64,000 bases of DNA from Pristiophorus japonicus (lineage: Eukaryota): positions 60,078,001-60,142,000 of the forward strand of contig NC_091998.1 in the NCBI RefSeq assembly GCF_044704955.1. The letters run 5' to 3'. The notes beneath the pieces are model-generated. The model was not told the DNA's origin and ran no database searches. It was given only the letters and a program-made list of their open reading frames with translations. A program made the position numbers and the translations under genes. Positions 53,391 through 64,000 of the stretch are shown here, in pieces. Within the stretch, counting starts at the first letter, position 1; each line of letters starts with the position of its first letter.

Positions 53391-53635
53391 CTACAAAGAA
53401 AATGGAAGCACAAGATAATCTCACATCACTTACCAGGGCTGAGAGAAATAACTTATTGTGTAGACTCGCTAGTGGCAGCCGTGGCTCAGTGGGCAACACC
53501 TCTCTCTCACCTTGGAGTCAGAAGGTCATGGCAGCCAATTTGCACCCAGCAAGCTCCCACAAACAGCAATGTGATAATAACCAAATAATCTCTGTATACT
53601 GTGAGATTGATTGAGGGATAAATATTGACCCAGGA

Positions 53636-55505
53636 CATAGAAACATAGAAAATAGGTGCAGGAGTAGGCCATTCAGTCCTTCGAGCCTGCACCACCATTC
53701 AATAAGATCATGGCTGATCATTCACCTCAGTTACCCCTTTCCTGCTTTGTCTCCATACCCCTTGATCCCTTTAGCCATAAGGGCCATATCTAACTCCCTC
53801 TTGAATATATCCAATGAACTGATCAACAACTCTCTGCGGTAGGGAATTCCACAGGTTAACAACTCTCTGAGTGAAGAGGTTTCTCCTCATCTCAGTCCTA
53901 AATGGCTTACCCCTTATCCTTCAACTATGTCCCCTGGTTCTGGACTTCCCCAACATCGGGTACATTCTTCCTGCATCTAACTTGTCCAGTCCTGTCAGAA
54001 TTTTATATGTTTCTATGAGATCCCCTCTCATCCTTCTAAACTCCAGTGAATACAGGTCTAGTCGATCCAATCTTTCCTCATATGTCAGTCCTGCCATCCA
54101 GGGAATCAGTCTGGTGAACCTTTGCTGCACTCCCTCAATAGCAAGAACGCTCTTTCTCAGAAGAGGAGACCAAAATTGAACACAATATTCCAGGTGAGGC
54201 CTCATTGAGGCGCTATACAACTGCAGTAAGACCTCCCTGCTCCTATAATCAAATCCCCTAGCTATGAAGGCCAACATACCATTTGCCTTCTTCACTGCCT
54301 GCTGTACCTGCATGCCAACTTTCAATGACTGCTGTACCATGACACCCAGGTCTCGTTGCATCTCTCCTTTTCCTAATCTACCACCAATCAGATAATATTC
54401 TGCCTTTGTGTTTTTGCCACCAAAGTGGATAACCTCACATTTATCCACATTATACTGCATCTGCTACGGGTTTGCCCACTCACCTAACCTGTCCAAGACA
54501 CCCTGCAGCCTTTTAGTGTCCTCCTCACAGCTCACACCGCCACCCAGCTTAGTGTCATCTGCAAACTTGGAGATATTACACTCAATTCCTTCATGCAAAT
54601 CATTAATGTATATTGTAAATAGCTGGGGCCCCAGCACTGAGCCCTGCGGCACCCCACTAATCACTGCCTGCCATTCTGAAAAGGACCTGTTTATCCCGAC
54701 TCTCTGCTTCCTGTCTGCCAACCAATTCTCTATCCACATCAGTACATTACCCCCAATACCATGTGCTTTAATTTTGCACACCAATCTCTTGTGTGGGACC
54801 TTGTCAAAAGCCTTTTGAAAGTCCAAATACACCACGTCCACTGGTTCCCCCTTGTCCACTCTATAGTTACATCCTCAAAAAATTTCAGATTTGTCAAGCG
54901 TGATTTCCCTTTCATAAATCCAGGCTGACTTGGACCGATCCCGATACTGCTTTCCAAATGTGCTGCTATTTCATATTTAATAATTGATTCCAACATTTTC
55001 CCCACTACTGATGTCGGGCTAATCGGTCTATAATTACCCGTTTTCTCTCTCCGTCCTTTCTTAGAAAGCAGTGTTACATTAGCTACCTTCCAGTCCATAG
55101 GAACCGATCCAGAGTTGATAGACTGTTGGAAAATGATCACCAATGCATCCACTATTTCTAGGGCTACTACCTTAAGTACTCTGGGATGCAGACTATCAGG
55201 CCCCGGGGATTTATTGGCCTTTAATCCCATCAATTTCCCTAACACAATTTCCTGCCTAATAAGGATTTCCTTCAGTTCCTCCTTCTCACGAGACCGTCGG
55301 TTCTCTAGCATTTCCGGAAGGTTATTTGTGTCTTCCTTCGTGAAGACAGAACCAAAGTATTTGTTTAACTGGTCCGCCATTTCTTTGTTCCCCATTATAA
55401 ATTCATCTGAATCTGACTGCAAGGGACCTACGTTTGTTTTCATTAATCTTTTTCTCTTCACATATCTATAGAAGTTTTTATGTTCCCAGCAAGCTTCCTC
55501 TCATA
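53636..55505 (-). mobile_element. CR1 LINE inserted in a DeuSINE within the last intron of gene A
   Basis: RT motifs in ORFs 53921-55461; SINE sequence on both sides. Confidence 0.93.
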
Positions 55506-55509
55506 CTGG

Positions 55510-56163
55510 ACACATGGGAGAACTCCCCTATTCTTTCTTGAAATAGGGGTCTTGGGATCTTTTATGTCTACTGAAGAGGGCAGATGCAGTCATTAGATTT
55601 AATGTCTCATCCGAAAGATGGCATCTTTGACAGTGCAGTGCTCCCTCAGTACTAACCCTCCGACAGTGCAGCACTCCCTCAGTACCGACCTTCCGACTGT
55701 GCAGCGCTCCCTCACTCCTGCCCCTCCGACAGTGTAGCACTCCCTCAGTACTCTCCCTCCGACTGTGCAGCACTCCCTCAGTACCACCCCCTCTGACAGT
55801 GCAGTACTCCCTCAGTACTGCCCCTCCGACAGTGCAGCGCTCCCTCAGTACCACCCCTCCAACAGTGCAGCACTCCCTCAGAACTGCTCGAGCGACAGTG
55901 CACTGCTCGCTCAGTACTGCCCCTCTGACAGTGCAGCACTCGCTCATTACTGCCGCTCCGACAGTGCAACGCTCCCTCAGTACTGCCCTTCTGTAAGTGC
56001 AGCACTCCCTTAGTATTGCCCTTCCGTAAGTGCAGCAGTCCCTCAGCACTGCCCCTCCGACAGTGCATTGCTCACTCTGTACTACAATGGGAGTGTCGGC
56101 CTGGAATATGGAACAAGAGTCTCTGGAATGGGTCTCGAACCAACGACCTTCTGACTCAGAGGT

Positions 56164-56197
<34 letters not shown>

Positions 56198-56222
56198 TAG
56201 CTAAACACTCTGAGCCATGGCT
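55510..56222 (-). mobile_element. Deu-domain SINE with expanded 33-bp repeat (~55630-56070) and (GA)n
   Basis: tRNA-like head at ~56220-56130, ~13 tandem units, Deu core. Confidence 0.82.
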
Positions 56223-56328
56223 GACACCCTGAGCAGAAATTAATGGACAACCCAACCCGGAATCTCCAACACGTGCTGTCTACATGCTGAGACTGAGGCT
56301 TCAGACTAAATGCAAACAGCTCCTGTAC

Positions 56329-56410
56329 CTGGTGTTTCGCGGAGAGTGGGCTGTGGGTCATTGCAATGTCACTGGTCGCTGAAGCTCTCTCCTCAGTCGC
56401 TGCCTTTCTC
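56329..56410 (-). CDS. Gene A cytoplasmic exon 1
   Basis: ag/gt bounded, 82 nt, phase 2 to 0 matching its neighbours; RKAATEERASATSDIAMTHSPLSAKHQ. Confidence 0.8.
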
Positions 56411-57050
56411 CTGAAATATCAGAACATGGCGCTGTGGTTATGATATATCAGAGTGTCAATGCAGGACAGACCTAGTCCCCGATATTACAGCAACTACTGG
56501 GCTGCCTCTTTACATTGCTTTTGTCCACATGCATAGAATCATAGAATCACACAGCACAGAAGGACTCCATTTGACCCAACAACTTTTAGAAAGAGCTATC
56601 CAATTAGTCCCACTCCTCCTGCTCTCTCCCCATAGCTCAGCAAATGTTTCCTTTTCAAGTATTTATCCAAATCCATTTTTGAAAGTTATTTTGAATCTGC
56701 TTCCACCGCCCTTTCAGACAGTCCATTCCATATCATAACAACTCGCTGCGTAAAAATATTTCTCCTCATCTACCCCTCTGGCTTTGTTGCCAATAATTGT
56801 TACTCTGCTTCCTCTGGTTACCGACCTTCCTGCCAGCGGAATCAGTTCCTCCTGATTTACTCTATCAAAACCATTCATAATTTTGAACGCCTCTGTTAAA
56901 TCTCCCCTTAACTGGCCCAACTGGTCCATGCCAGTGTTAATGCTGCTCAACAGCCTCCTCTCACCCCTTTTCATCCAATCCTATCAACATATCTTTCTAT
57001 TCCTTTCTCCGTCATGCACTTACCTAGCATCCTTTTAAAGGCATCTATAC

Positions 57051-57325
57051 TGTTGTGTAAGTAGGCACCTTTAGTAATGACTCCACGAGGCGGGGTATGG
57101 TACTTAAACTGTGTAGAACTGTAGTCCTTTATTTGCAGCTCCTGATTGAGGACAACAAGCTGTGAGTTCCTTTTTATACTGGGTTGCCTGCAGTGTGCAG
57201 GTAACCCTTAGGTCTCCAGCAGCAGCACCCTCTGGTGTACAGGTAAGGTGTGTACAGTATAAGGGTACACTCAGTGTGGCATAACAGTGTTACAGACATC
57301 AAACAGTAAACAGGCATGCACAACA
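57051..57325 (-). mobile_element. Solo LTR (275 bp) of a third LTR family
   Basis: tgttgtg...cacaaca inverted ends; TSD tatac/tatat; TATA and AATAAA on the minus strand; splits a CR1 3' fragment. Confidence 0.8.
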
Positions 57326-57983
57326 TATATTATTTGCCCCAACCACCCACTGTGGTCGGCAGTTCCACATTCTCACTACTCTCTGGGTAAAGAAGGTTCT
57401 CCTGAATTTCCAATCTTATATTGATGACCGTTAATTTTAGTCTGCCCCTCAAGTGGAAACGTCTTCTCTATGTCTTCCCCATTGAACCTCTTCATAATCT
57501 TAAAGACCTATAGCAGGCCACCCCTCAGCCATCTCATTTTTACAGAAAAGAGTCCCACACGGTTCAGTCTTTCCTGATCGCTATAACCTCTCAGCTCTGG
57601 TATCAGCCTTGTGAATCTAAATCAGGGAGAGAAAGGTCGAACATATGAATGTGCCATTATTTATTCACATCCATGGGAAAGCCCCAATTGCTTCCCAGCC
57701 AATCGATTGTTTATCGAGGTGTTGTCACTATGGTTCTGTTGGAGCACATGGTGACCTGATACAATCCAGCATCGAGCGTGCAGCAAGACGCAGCCCTGGG
57801 TCTCGTCAGCATTCACCTGGATACTAGACCATGAACGGCGCATTCCCGATCATAGGGGATCCTGGGACCACTTACGGGAAATGGTGTCTGGTGCTGAACC
57901 AGAGGGAAAGTGTCACTGACTTAAGGAGAGAAAAATTAAGTACAGATTTTGATAAAAACACAAAGTTAAACTGTCTCACTTAC

Positions 57984-58080
57984 TTTCTCACGCACTTGAA
58001 GATTAAGAATCCAGCCAGTTCAACACTCAACATGATCCCAGCTGCAAGCATTCCTACTTCCCATTTACTGAAGTCTCTAC
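57984..58080 (-). CDS. Gene A transmembrane exon
   Basis: 97 nt, phase 1 to 2, tttttacag / gtaagt; GRDFSKWEVGMLAAGIMLSVELAGFLIFKCVR. Confidence 0.85.
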
Positions 58081-58797
58081 CTGTAAAAACAGCCATTAAT
58101 TCGTTTTAGAACAATGCTCTGATGTACCTCGGGAGTGATGCACTCGCTCAATTTTTGGGAATTGATTCTCGGAATGTGAGCGCTGCTGGCTAGGCCGACA
58201 TTTATTGCCTAACCCAAGTTGCCCCTGAGAAGGTGGTGTTGGCCTTTTATCTTGAACCGCTGGTAGCAGGTTTGATACAAAATGAGTGGCACTTCAGAGG
58301 GCAGTTAAGAGTCAATCACGTTGGTACGGGACTGGAGTCATATATATTGGGAAAGGACGTCAGGTTTCCCTCCCTGAAGATATATTAGGGAAGCAACTTA
58401 TATAAGTAATATGTTGTGTTTATACACATCAGTTAACATCACTAAAGTAGCAGATTATCTGGTCATTATCTCATTGCTGCTGGTGGGATCTTGCTGTGCA
58501 CAAATTGGTGGCCACGTTTCCTACATTACAACAGTGACTAAACTTTGAAAGTTCTTCAATGGCTTATAAGGTGCTTTGGAACTATATACGTGTTATATAA
58601 ATGCAAGTCTTCCTTTTCCATGTAACATTTATATATGTAATATGTGTTACATCGATATGTGTACTATCGAAAGGTGCAATATTAATCGCCCTCCTGTTTT
58701 CCCCGACTACTCTATCCAAATCCTTCATGATTTTGAACCGCTCTTACATCGCTCCTTAACCGGCTGAACAGAGAACGATCCCGAAAAGTGCTTTCAC

Positions 58798-59091
58798 CTT
58801 TGACCCACAGATACACCTTGAACATGGCTTCCCCATGCTGGTTTGTAACTGAGCAGATGACTGTCATTTCCTCTTCACCCTTGCCACCCCTCAGGGTCAG
58901 GGAACCAGTCACCAGCTGCCCGTCGCTGATCTGTCTTGCCGCGAAACCGTTGTGCGTTTGGTTGCCGCTGACGTTGGCGAAGGGGAGGTGCCAGCGGAGG
59001 TCTCCAGGCGGGTTGGATCTGGCCGCACACACACAGGTGACGCCCTCGGCCCTCCGAGTGCATTCTGACTCCCGGGAAATCTCCGGCTTAT
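58798..59091 (-). CDS. Gene A membrane-proximal Ig exon (MAG/Siglec type)
   Basis: 294 nt, phase 1/1; YKPEISRESEC...VTCVCAARSNPPGDLRW...VICSVTNQHG. Confidence 0.9.
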
Positions 59092-59634
59092 CTGTGGAGG
59101 GAAGAACAACAATTCGATGTCGTGGCACCGCAAGATAGAACCTAACACAGAAACTCTCAGCCATGCCTTTGTTGCCTCTAGACTTGACTATTCCAATGCT
59201 ATCCCAGCGGGCCTCCCCTCTCCCACCCTCTGTGAACTTGAGGTGATTCAAAGCTCCGCTGTCCGTGTCCTAACCCAAACCGTGTCCCATTCACCAATCA
59301 CCCCCTGTGCTCCCGGTTAAGCAACACCTCGATTTTTAAATTCTCATCCTTGTTTTCAAATCCCTCCATGGTCTCGCCGCTCCCTATCTCTGTAAACTTA
59401 TCCAGCCCCACAATATTTCGAGATCTTTGAGCTCCTCTAATTCTGCCCTCCTGAGCATGCCTGATAGTAATCACTCACTGGTGGAAGGGTGTAATTACAG
59501 CGTGACATTTACATAGGCTGTTACCATTATAATTGTGGACACTGAACACTGAAAATGTGATGACAGGAAGTAAGCTCTTTGCAGACAGGAAGTGCCTGAG
59601 TTTTAATAAGAGATAGATAGAGTAAACTACTTAC

Positions 59635-59910
59635 ATTCCACATTCAGGTGTACAATGGCGGACGTGCCGTTACCCAATGGATTCCTCGCTGTGCAGTAGA
59701 AACTGGCATCACTCTCCCGTGTTACGTGACCGATGTAGACAGACTGAGCACTTGTGTTTAACTGGGTGATCCGGTTTCCGTCGATCCGGAACCAGGCGTA
59801 ACTAGATGCCGGGGGGACGCTTTTGCTGCAGCAGGTTAATGTGATGTTGTTTCCCACTCTTATTCCGCCTGTGGCTCCGCTGATGGTCACTGTCGTCTCC
59901 TTGGGTGGAT
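59635..59910 (-). CDS. Gene A C2-set Ig exon (CD22-like)
   Basis: 276 nt, phase 1/1; PPKETTVTI...GNNITLTC.SKSVPPASSYAWF...DASFYCTARNPLG. Confidence 0.92.
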
Positions 59911-60410
59911 CTGGAACAAGACCAGAGAACAGCCAGCAGGTAATTCCATAGCTCTCCCGGCCAGCTTCCAATCTTCCACACTCAGTAACATTTAGCTCGC
60001 CCGACTCTGCTGCGCCATATATTAAGTCCCACTAACCCATCACCCGCTGTTGCTCGCTGATCACCATTGGCTCCTGGTCGGGCACACTTCAAATTAAAAA
60101 CCTCATCCTTGTGTTCAGATCCCTCCAGGTCCCTCTCCCTATCTTTGGAATCTCCTCCATTCCGACAATCTTCTGCGATCTCTGCGTTCCTCCAATTGTG
60201 GACTATTATGTATCCCCGATTCCTTTCGACGCACCGTTAGCGGCCGTGCCTTCAGCTGCCTGGGTCCTCAGCTCTGAAATTTCATCCATAAACCTCTCCA
60301 CCTCTCTCTCCTCCTTAAGATGCTCAGACAAAATTTAACACTAAGCAACATAAGGTGATATTAGGACAGGTGACCAAAACCTGGTCAAAGAGGTAGGATT
60401 TAAGAGGGAC

Positions 60411-60755
60411 AAAAGCAAAATACTGCGGATGCTGGAATCTGAAATAAAAACAGAAAGTGCTGGAGATCTCAGCGGGTCAGGCAGTATCTGTGGAGAGAAA
60501 CAGAGTTAACGTTTCAGGTCTGTGAGCCTTCCTCAGAACACATGCTGCCTGACCCGCTGAGATTTCCAGCACTTTCTGGTTTTATTACAGATTCCAGCAT
60601 CCGCAGTAATTTGCTTTTGAATCAGTGTTTAATTCACGGCCACTTGTCTTCTAGCAATGCCGAGTTCTGACGAAGGGTCACCGACCTGAAACGTTAACCC
60701 TGTTTCTCTCCACCAATGCTGCCTGACCCGCTGAGATTTCCAGCGATTTCTGTCA
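60411..60755. mobile_element. Penelope-type palindromic repeat with minimal hammerhead motifs (duplicated at 62644-62988)
   Basis: Inverted arms ~60411-60485 and ~60545-60620; CTGANGA-stem-GAAACGTT motifs at 60503-60541 (-) and 60662-60700 (+). Confidence 0.7.
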
Positions 60756-60919
60756 GGATTTAAGAGGTGTCTTAAAGGAGGAGCCAGGAGAAGAGGCAGA
60801 GAGTGTACGTGTGTGTTTATGCTTGTGCGTGTATGTGTCATAGAATTGGTAAATTCCAGTCTCCCATAGATATTAACTTTTTTGTATTTAGAGAGATGTG
60901 CATTTATCTGTACACTCAC

Positions 60920-61201
60920 GTTCCACGGTGATGGTTATGGCCTTCTCCACCGCTCCATGTTCATTCTCCGTCACACACTGATAGTCTCCAGCGACCCGGT
61001 ATGTAACGTGAGCAAACTCCAACCACAGCTCATTGTTGTAACTTGTTCTGTTCCTTGTGACACCAAGATGTCGCCACGTCAGGTTAGAAGCTGGGAAGCT
61101 CTCCACAGAGCAGAGTATCACTGTATAATTCCCTTCTTTTATACTGATCGACGAATCATTAATCATGTCAAGAGAAGTAATGGAGAGATTGCGTGGTGCA
61201 T
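60920..61201 (-). CDS. Gene A C2-set Ig exon (duplicate copy 2)
   Basis: 282 nt, phase 1/1; APRNLSI...VILCSVESFPASNLTW...GDYQCVTENEHG. Confidence 0.9.
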
Positions 61202-61317
61202 CTAAAAACAAATAAAGATCAGTTAACTTACACTGGCTGTGAAGCAATTTGAGAGGTGATGAAAGGTGTGATATCAATGCACATTCATTCATCAAAATCC
61301 ATGCCGATATATTAGTG

Positions 61318-62150
61318 CAGTACTGAGGGAGTGCTATACTGCCGGAGCGGCAGTACTGAGGGAGCGCCGCACTGTTGGAGGGGCAGTACTAAGGAAGCAC
61401 TGCACTGTCGGAGAGGCTGTACTGAGGGAGCACTGCACTGTCGGAGGGGCAGTACTGAGGAAGCTCTACATGGTCAGAGGGGCTGTACTGAGGGAGCGCT
61501 GCACTGCCGGAGGGACAATACTGAGGGAGTGCTGCACTGTCGGAGGAACCGTACAGAAGGAGTTCTGCAAAGTTAGAGGGGCAGTTTGAGGGAGCGCTGC
61601 ACCATGGGAGGGGCAGTACTGAGGGAGTGCCGCTATGTTGCAGAGGCAGTACTGAGGGAGTTGTGCACTGTCGGAGGGGCAGTACTGAGTGAGCGCCTCA
61701 CCATCTGAGGGGCAGTACTGAGGGAGCGCCACACTTTTGGAGGGGCAGTACTGAGGGTGTGGTGCACTGTCAGGGGGCAGTACTGATGGAGCGCATCACC
61801 GTCCAGGGGCAGTACTGAGGGAGTACCTCACCGCCCGAGGGGCAGTACTGAGGGAGTGCCTCACCACCCGAGGGGCAGTACTGAGGGAGCACCTCACTGC
61901 CCGAGGGGCAGTACTGAGGGAGTGCCGCACTGTCGGAGGGGCAGTACTGAGGGAGTGGTGCACTGTCGGAGGTGCTGTCTTTGTCACGAGACATTAAAGC
62001 GATGCTCCATCTGCCCTCTCAGCTGGATGTAAAAGAACCCATGACTCTATTAAAGAAGAGTTTTGCCCAGTGTTGTAGCCAATATTTATCAGTAAAAAAA
62101 CAGGTGTACTGATCATTGCCTTGTTGCTGTTGTGGGATGTTGCTGTGCAC
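61318..62150 (+). repeat. 33-bp minisatellite running into a DeuSINE core
   Basis: ~20 units to ~61975, then ggtgctgtctttgtcacgagacattaaa... Confidence 0.88.
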
Positions 62151-62198
62151 ATGATAGACTATAACGGGTAATGTAGGGTAAAGGATGTCCATACACAC

Positions 62199-62403
62199 AT
62201 TGCACAGTTAGTGCTAGGGTCTGCTGTGATGAAACAGATGGATAACTGACTCTGCAGGTGAGAGATTGCCCTTGGTGTTTGATTGATAGGATCAGGGTCA
62301 GAACAGAAGTATATGACAGAGTGACTCCGTGCTGAGTTACACTGTGTGAGACTGACCCGGGTAAATCAGCGGCTTTGACTCAGGTTACAACAGGTGCTGT
62401 TCC
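62199..62403 (-). pseudogene. Acceptor-less 3' part of a Siglec D2 (C2-set) exon at the duplication junction
   Basis: GTAPVVT*VKAADLPGSVSHSVTQHGVTLSYTSVLTLILSIKHQGQSLTCRVSYPSVSSQQTLALTVQ + gtgtgt donor; its start matches GTAPVLTW at ~39090-39112. Confidence 0.8.
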
Positions 62404-63152
62404 TTCCGAGATCTCCACGTTCCTCCAATTCTGGACACTTATGTATCCCCGATTCCTTTCGCTGCACCGTTAGCTGCCATGCCTTCAGCCGCCTGGGCCC
62501 ACAGCTCTGAAATTCCATCCATAAACCTCTCCACCTCTCTCTCCTCCTTAAGACGCTCAGACAAAATTTGACACTAAGCAACATAAGGTAATACTAGGAC
62601 AGGTGGCCAAAACCTGGTCAAAGAGGTAGGATTTAAGAGGGACAAAAGCAAAATACTGTGGATGCTGGAATCTGAAATAAAAACAGAAAGTGCTGGAGAT
62701 CTCAGCGGATCAGGCAGTATCTGTGGAGAGAAACAGAGTTAACGTTTCAGGTCTGTGACCCTTCCTCAGAACACATGCTGCCTGACCTGCTGAGATTTCC
62801 AGCACTTTCTGGTTTTATTACAGATTCCAGCATCCGCAGTATTTTGCTTTTGAATCAGTGTTTAATTCACGGCCACTTGTCTTCGAGCAATGCCGAGTTC
62901 TGACGAAGGGTCACCGACCTGAAACGTTAACCCTGTTTCTCTCCACCAATGCTGCCTGACCCGCTGAGATTTCCAGCGATTTCTGTCAGGATTTAAGAGG
63001 TGTCTTAAAGGAGGAGCCAGGAGAAGAGGCAGAGAGTGTACGTGTGTGTTTATGCTTGTGCGTGTATGTGTCATAGAATTGGTAAATTCCAGTCTCCCAT
63101 AGATATTAACTTTTTTGTATTTAGAGAGATGTGCATTTATCTGTACACTCAC

Positions 63153-63434
63153 ATTCCACAGTGATGGTTATGATTCTCTCCACCGCTCCATGTTCATTCT
63201 CCGCCACACACTGATAGTCTCCAGCGACCCGGTATGTAACGTGAGCAAACTCCAACCACAGCTCGTTGTTGTAACTTGTTCTGTTCCTTGTGACACCAAG
63301 ATGTCGCCACGTCAGGTTAGAAGCTGGGAAGCTCTCCACAGAGCAGAGTATCACTGTATAATTCCCTTCTTTTATACTGATCGACGAATCATTAATCATG
63401 TCAAGAGAAGTAATGGAGAGATTGCGTGGTGCAT
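63153..63434 (-). CDS. Gene A C2-set Ig exon (duplicate copy 1)
   Basis: 282 nt, phase 1/1; near-identical to 60920-61201 at an offset of 2233. Confidence 0.9.
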
Positions 63435-63549
63435 CTAAAAACAAATAAAGATCAGTTAACTTACACTGGCTGTGAAGCAATTTGAGAGGTGATGAAAGGT
63501 GTGATATCAATGCACATTCATTCATCAAAATCCATGCCGATATATTAGT

Positions 63550-64000
63550 GCAGTACTGAGGGAGTGCTATACTGCCGGAGCGGCAGTACTGACGGAGCGC
63601 CACACTGTTGGAGAGGCAGTACTAAGGAAGCACTGCACTGTCAGAAGGGCTGTACTGAGGGAGCACTGCACTGTCGGAGGGGCTGTACTGAGGGAGCACT
63701 GCACTGTCGGAGGGGTTGTACTGAGGGAATTCTGCACTGCCGGAGAGGCAATACTGAGGGAGCACTGCACTGTCGGAGAGGCAGTAATGAGGGAGCTCTG
63801 CGCTGTCAGAGGGGCAGTACTGCGGGAGCTCTGCACTGCCGGAGGGGCAGTACTGATGGAACGCCGCACTTTCGGAGGGGCAGTACTGAGGCAGCGCTGC
63901 ACTGTCGGAGGGGCAGTACTGAGGGAGTGGTGCACTGTCGGAGGGGCAGTACTGAGGGAACGCCACACTGTCGGAGGGGCAGTAATGAGGGAGTGGTGCA
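63550..64000 (+). repeat. 33-bp DeuSINE-derived minisatellite to the window end
   Basis: Tandem units seen directly. Confidence 0.9.

Noticed and set aside
52890-53588. 232-aa plus-strand ORF
   Set aside because: Antisense to the Siglec last exon and runs into a SINE; no domain features.
55528-56361. 277-aa and similar Cys-rich repetitive ORFs (also 38191-38915 and 63567-63968)
   Set aside because: Translations of the 33-bp minisatellite, whose length is a multiple of 3.

Overview
Eukaryotic, repeat-rich vertebrate DNA. The CR1/L2/RTE/Tx1 LINEs, Deu-domain SINEs and Penelope-type palindromes point to a cartilaginous fish, probably a shark (inference). Most ORF-track entries are LINE debris or antisense noise. 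Host genes recovered by reading splice sites: (1) the last coding exon of hexokinase 2 (+, 3992-4136), followed by a long, mostly unique, probable 3' UTR; (2) a convergent minus-strand Siglec/CD22-like cluster. Gene A is intact over the 7 exons in the window (4 Ig, a TM with an internal Glu, an ITIM+ITSM tail) and its 5' end lies beyond 64000. Gene B is a pseudogene whose V-set still has the sialic-acid Arg. The most unusual structure is a circularly permuted retrovirus-like element (IN-PPT-single LTR-PBS-gag-PR, no RT) replacing ~115 bp of a CR1, with an inverted solo LTR 3 kb away. Also present: a two-LTR Gypsy element in a triple nest, an Ig-exon tandem duplication that also duplicated minimal hammerhead ribozyme motifs, and two Tx1 insertions at one target site. 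All alignments and counts were made by eye; no searches were run.
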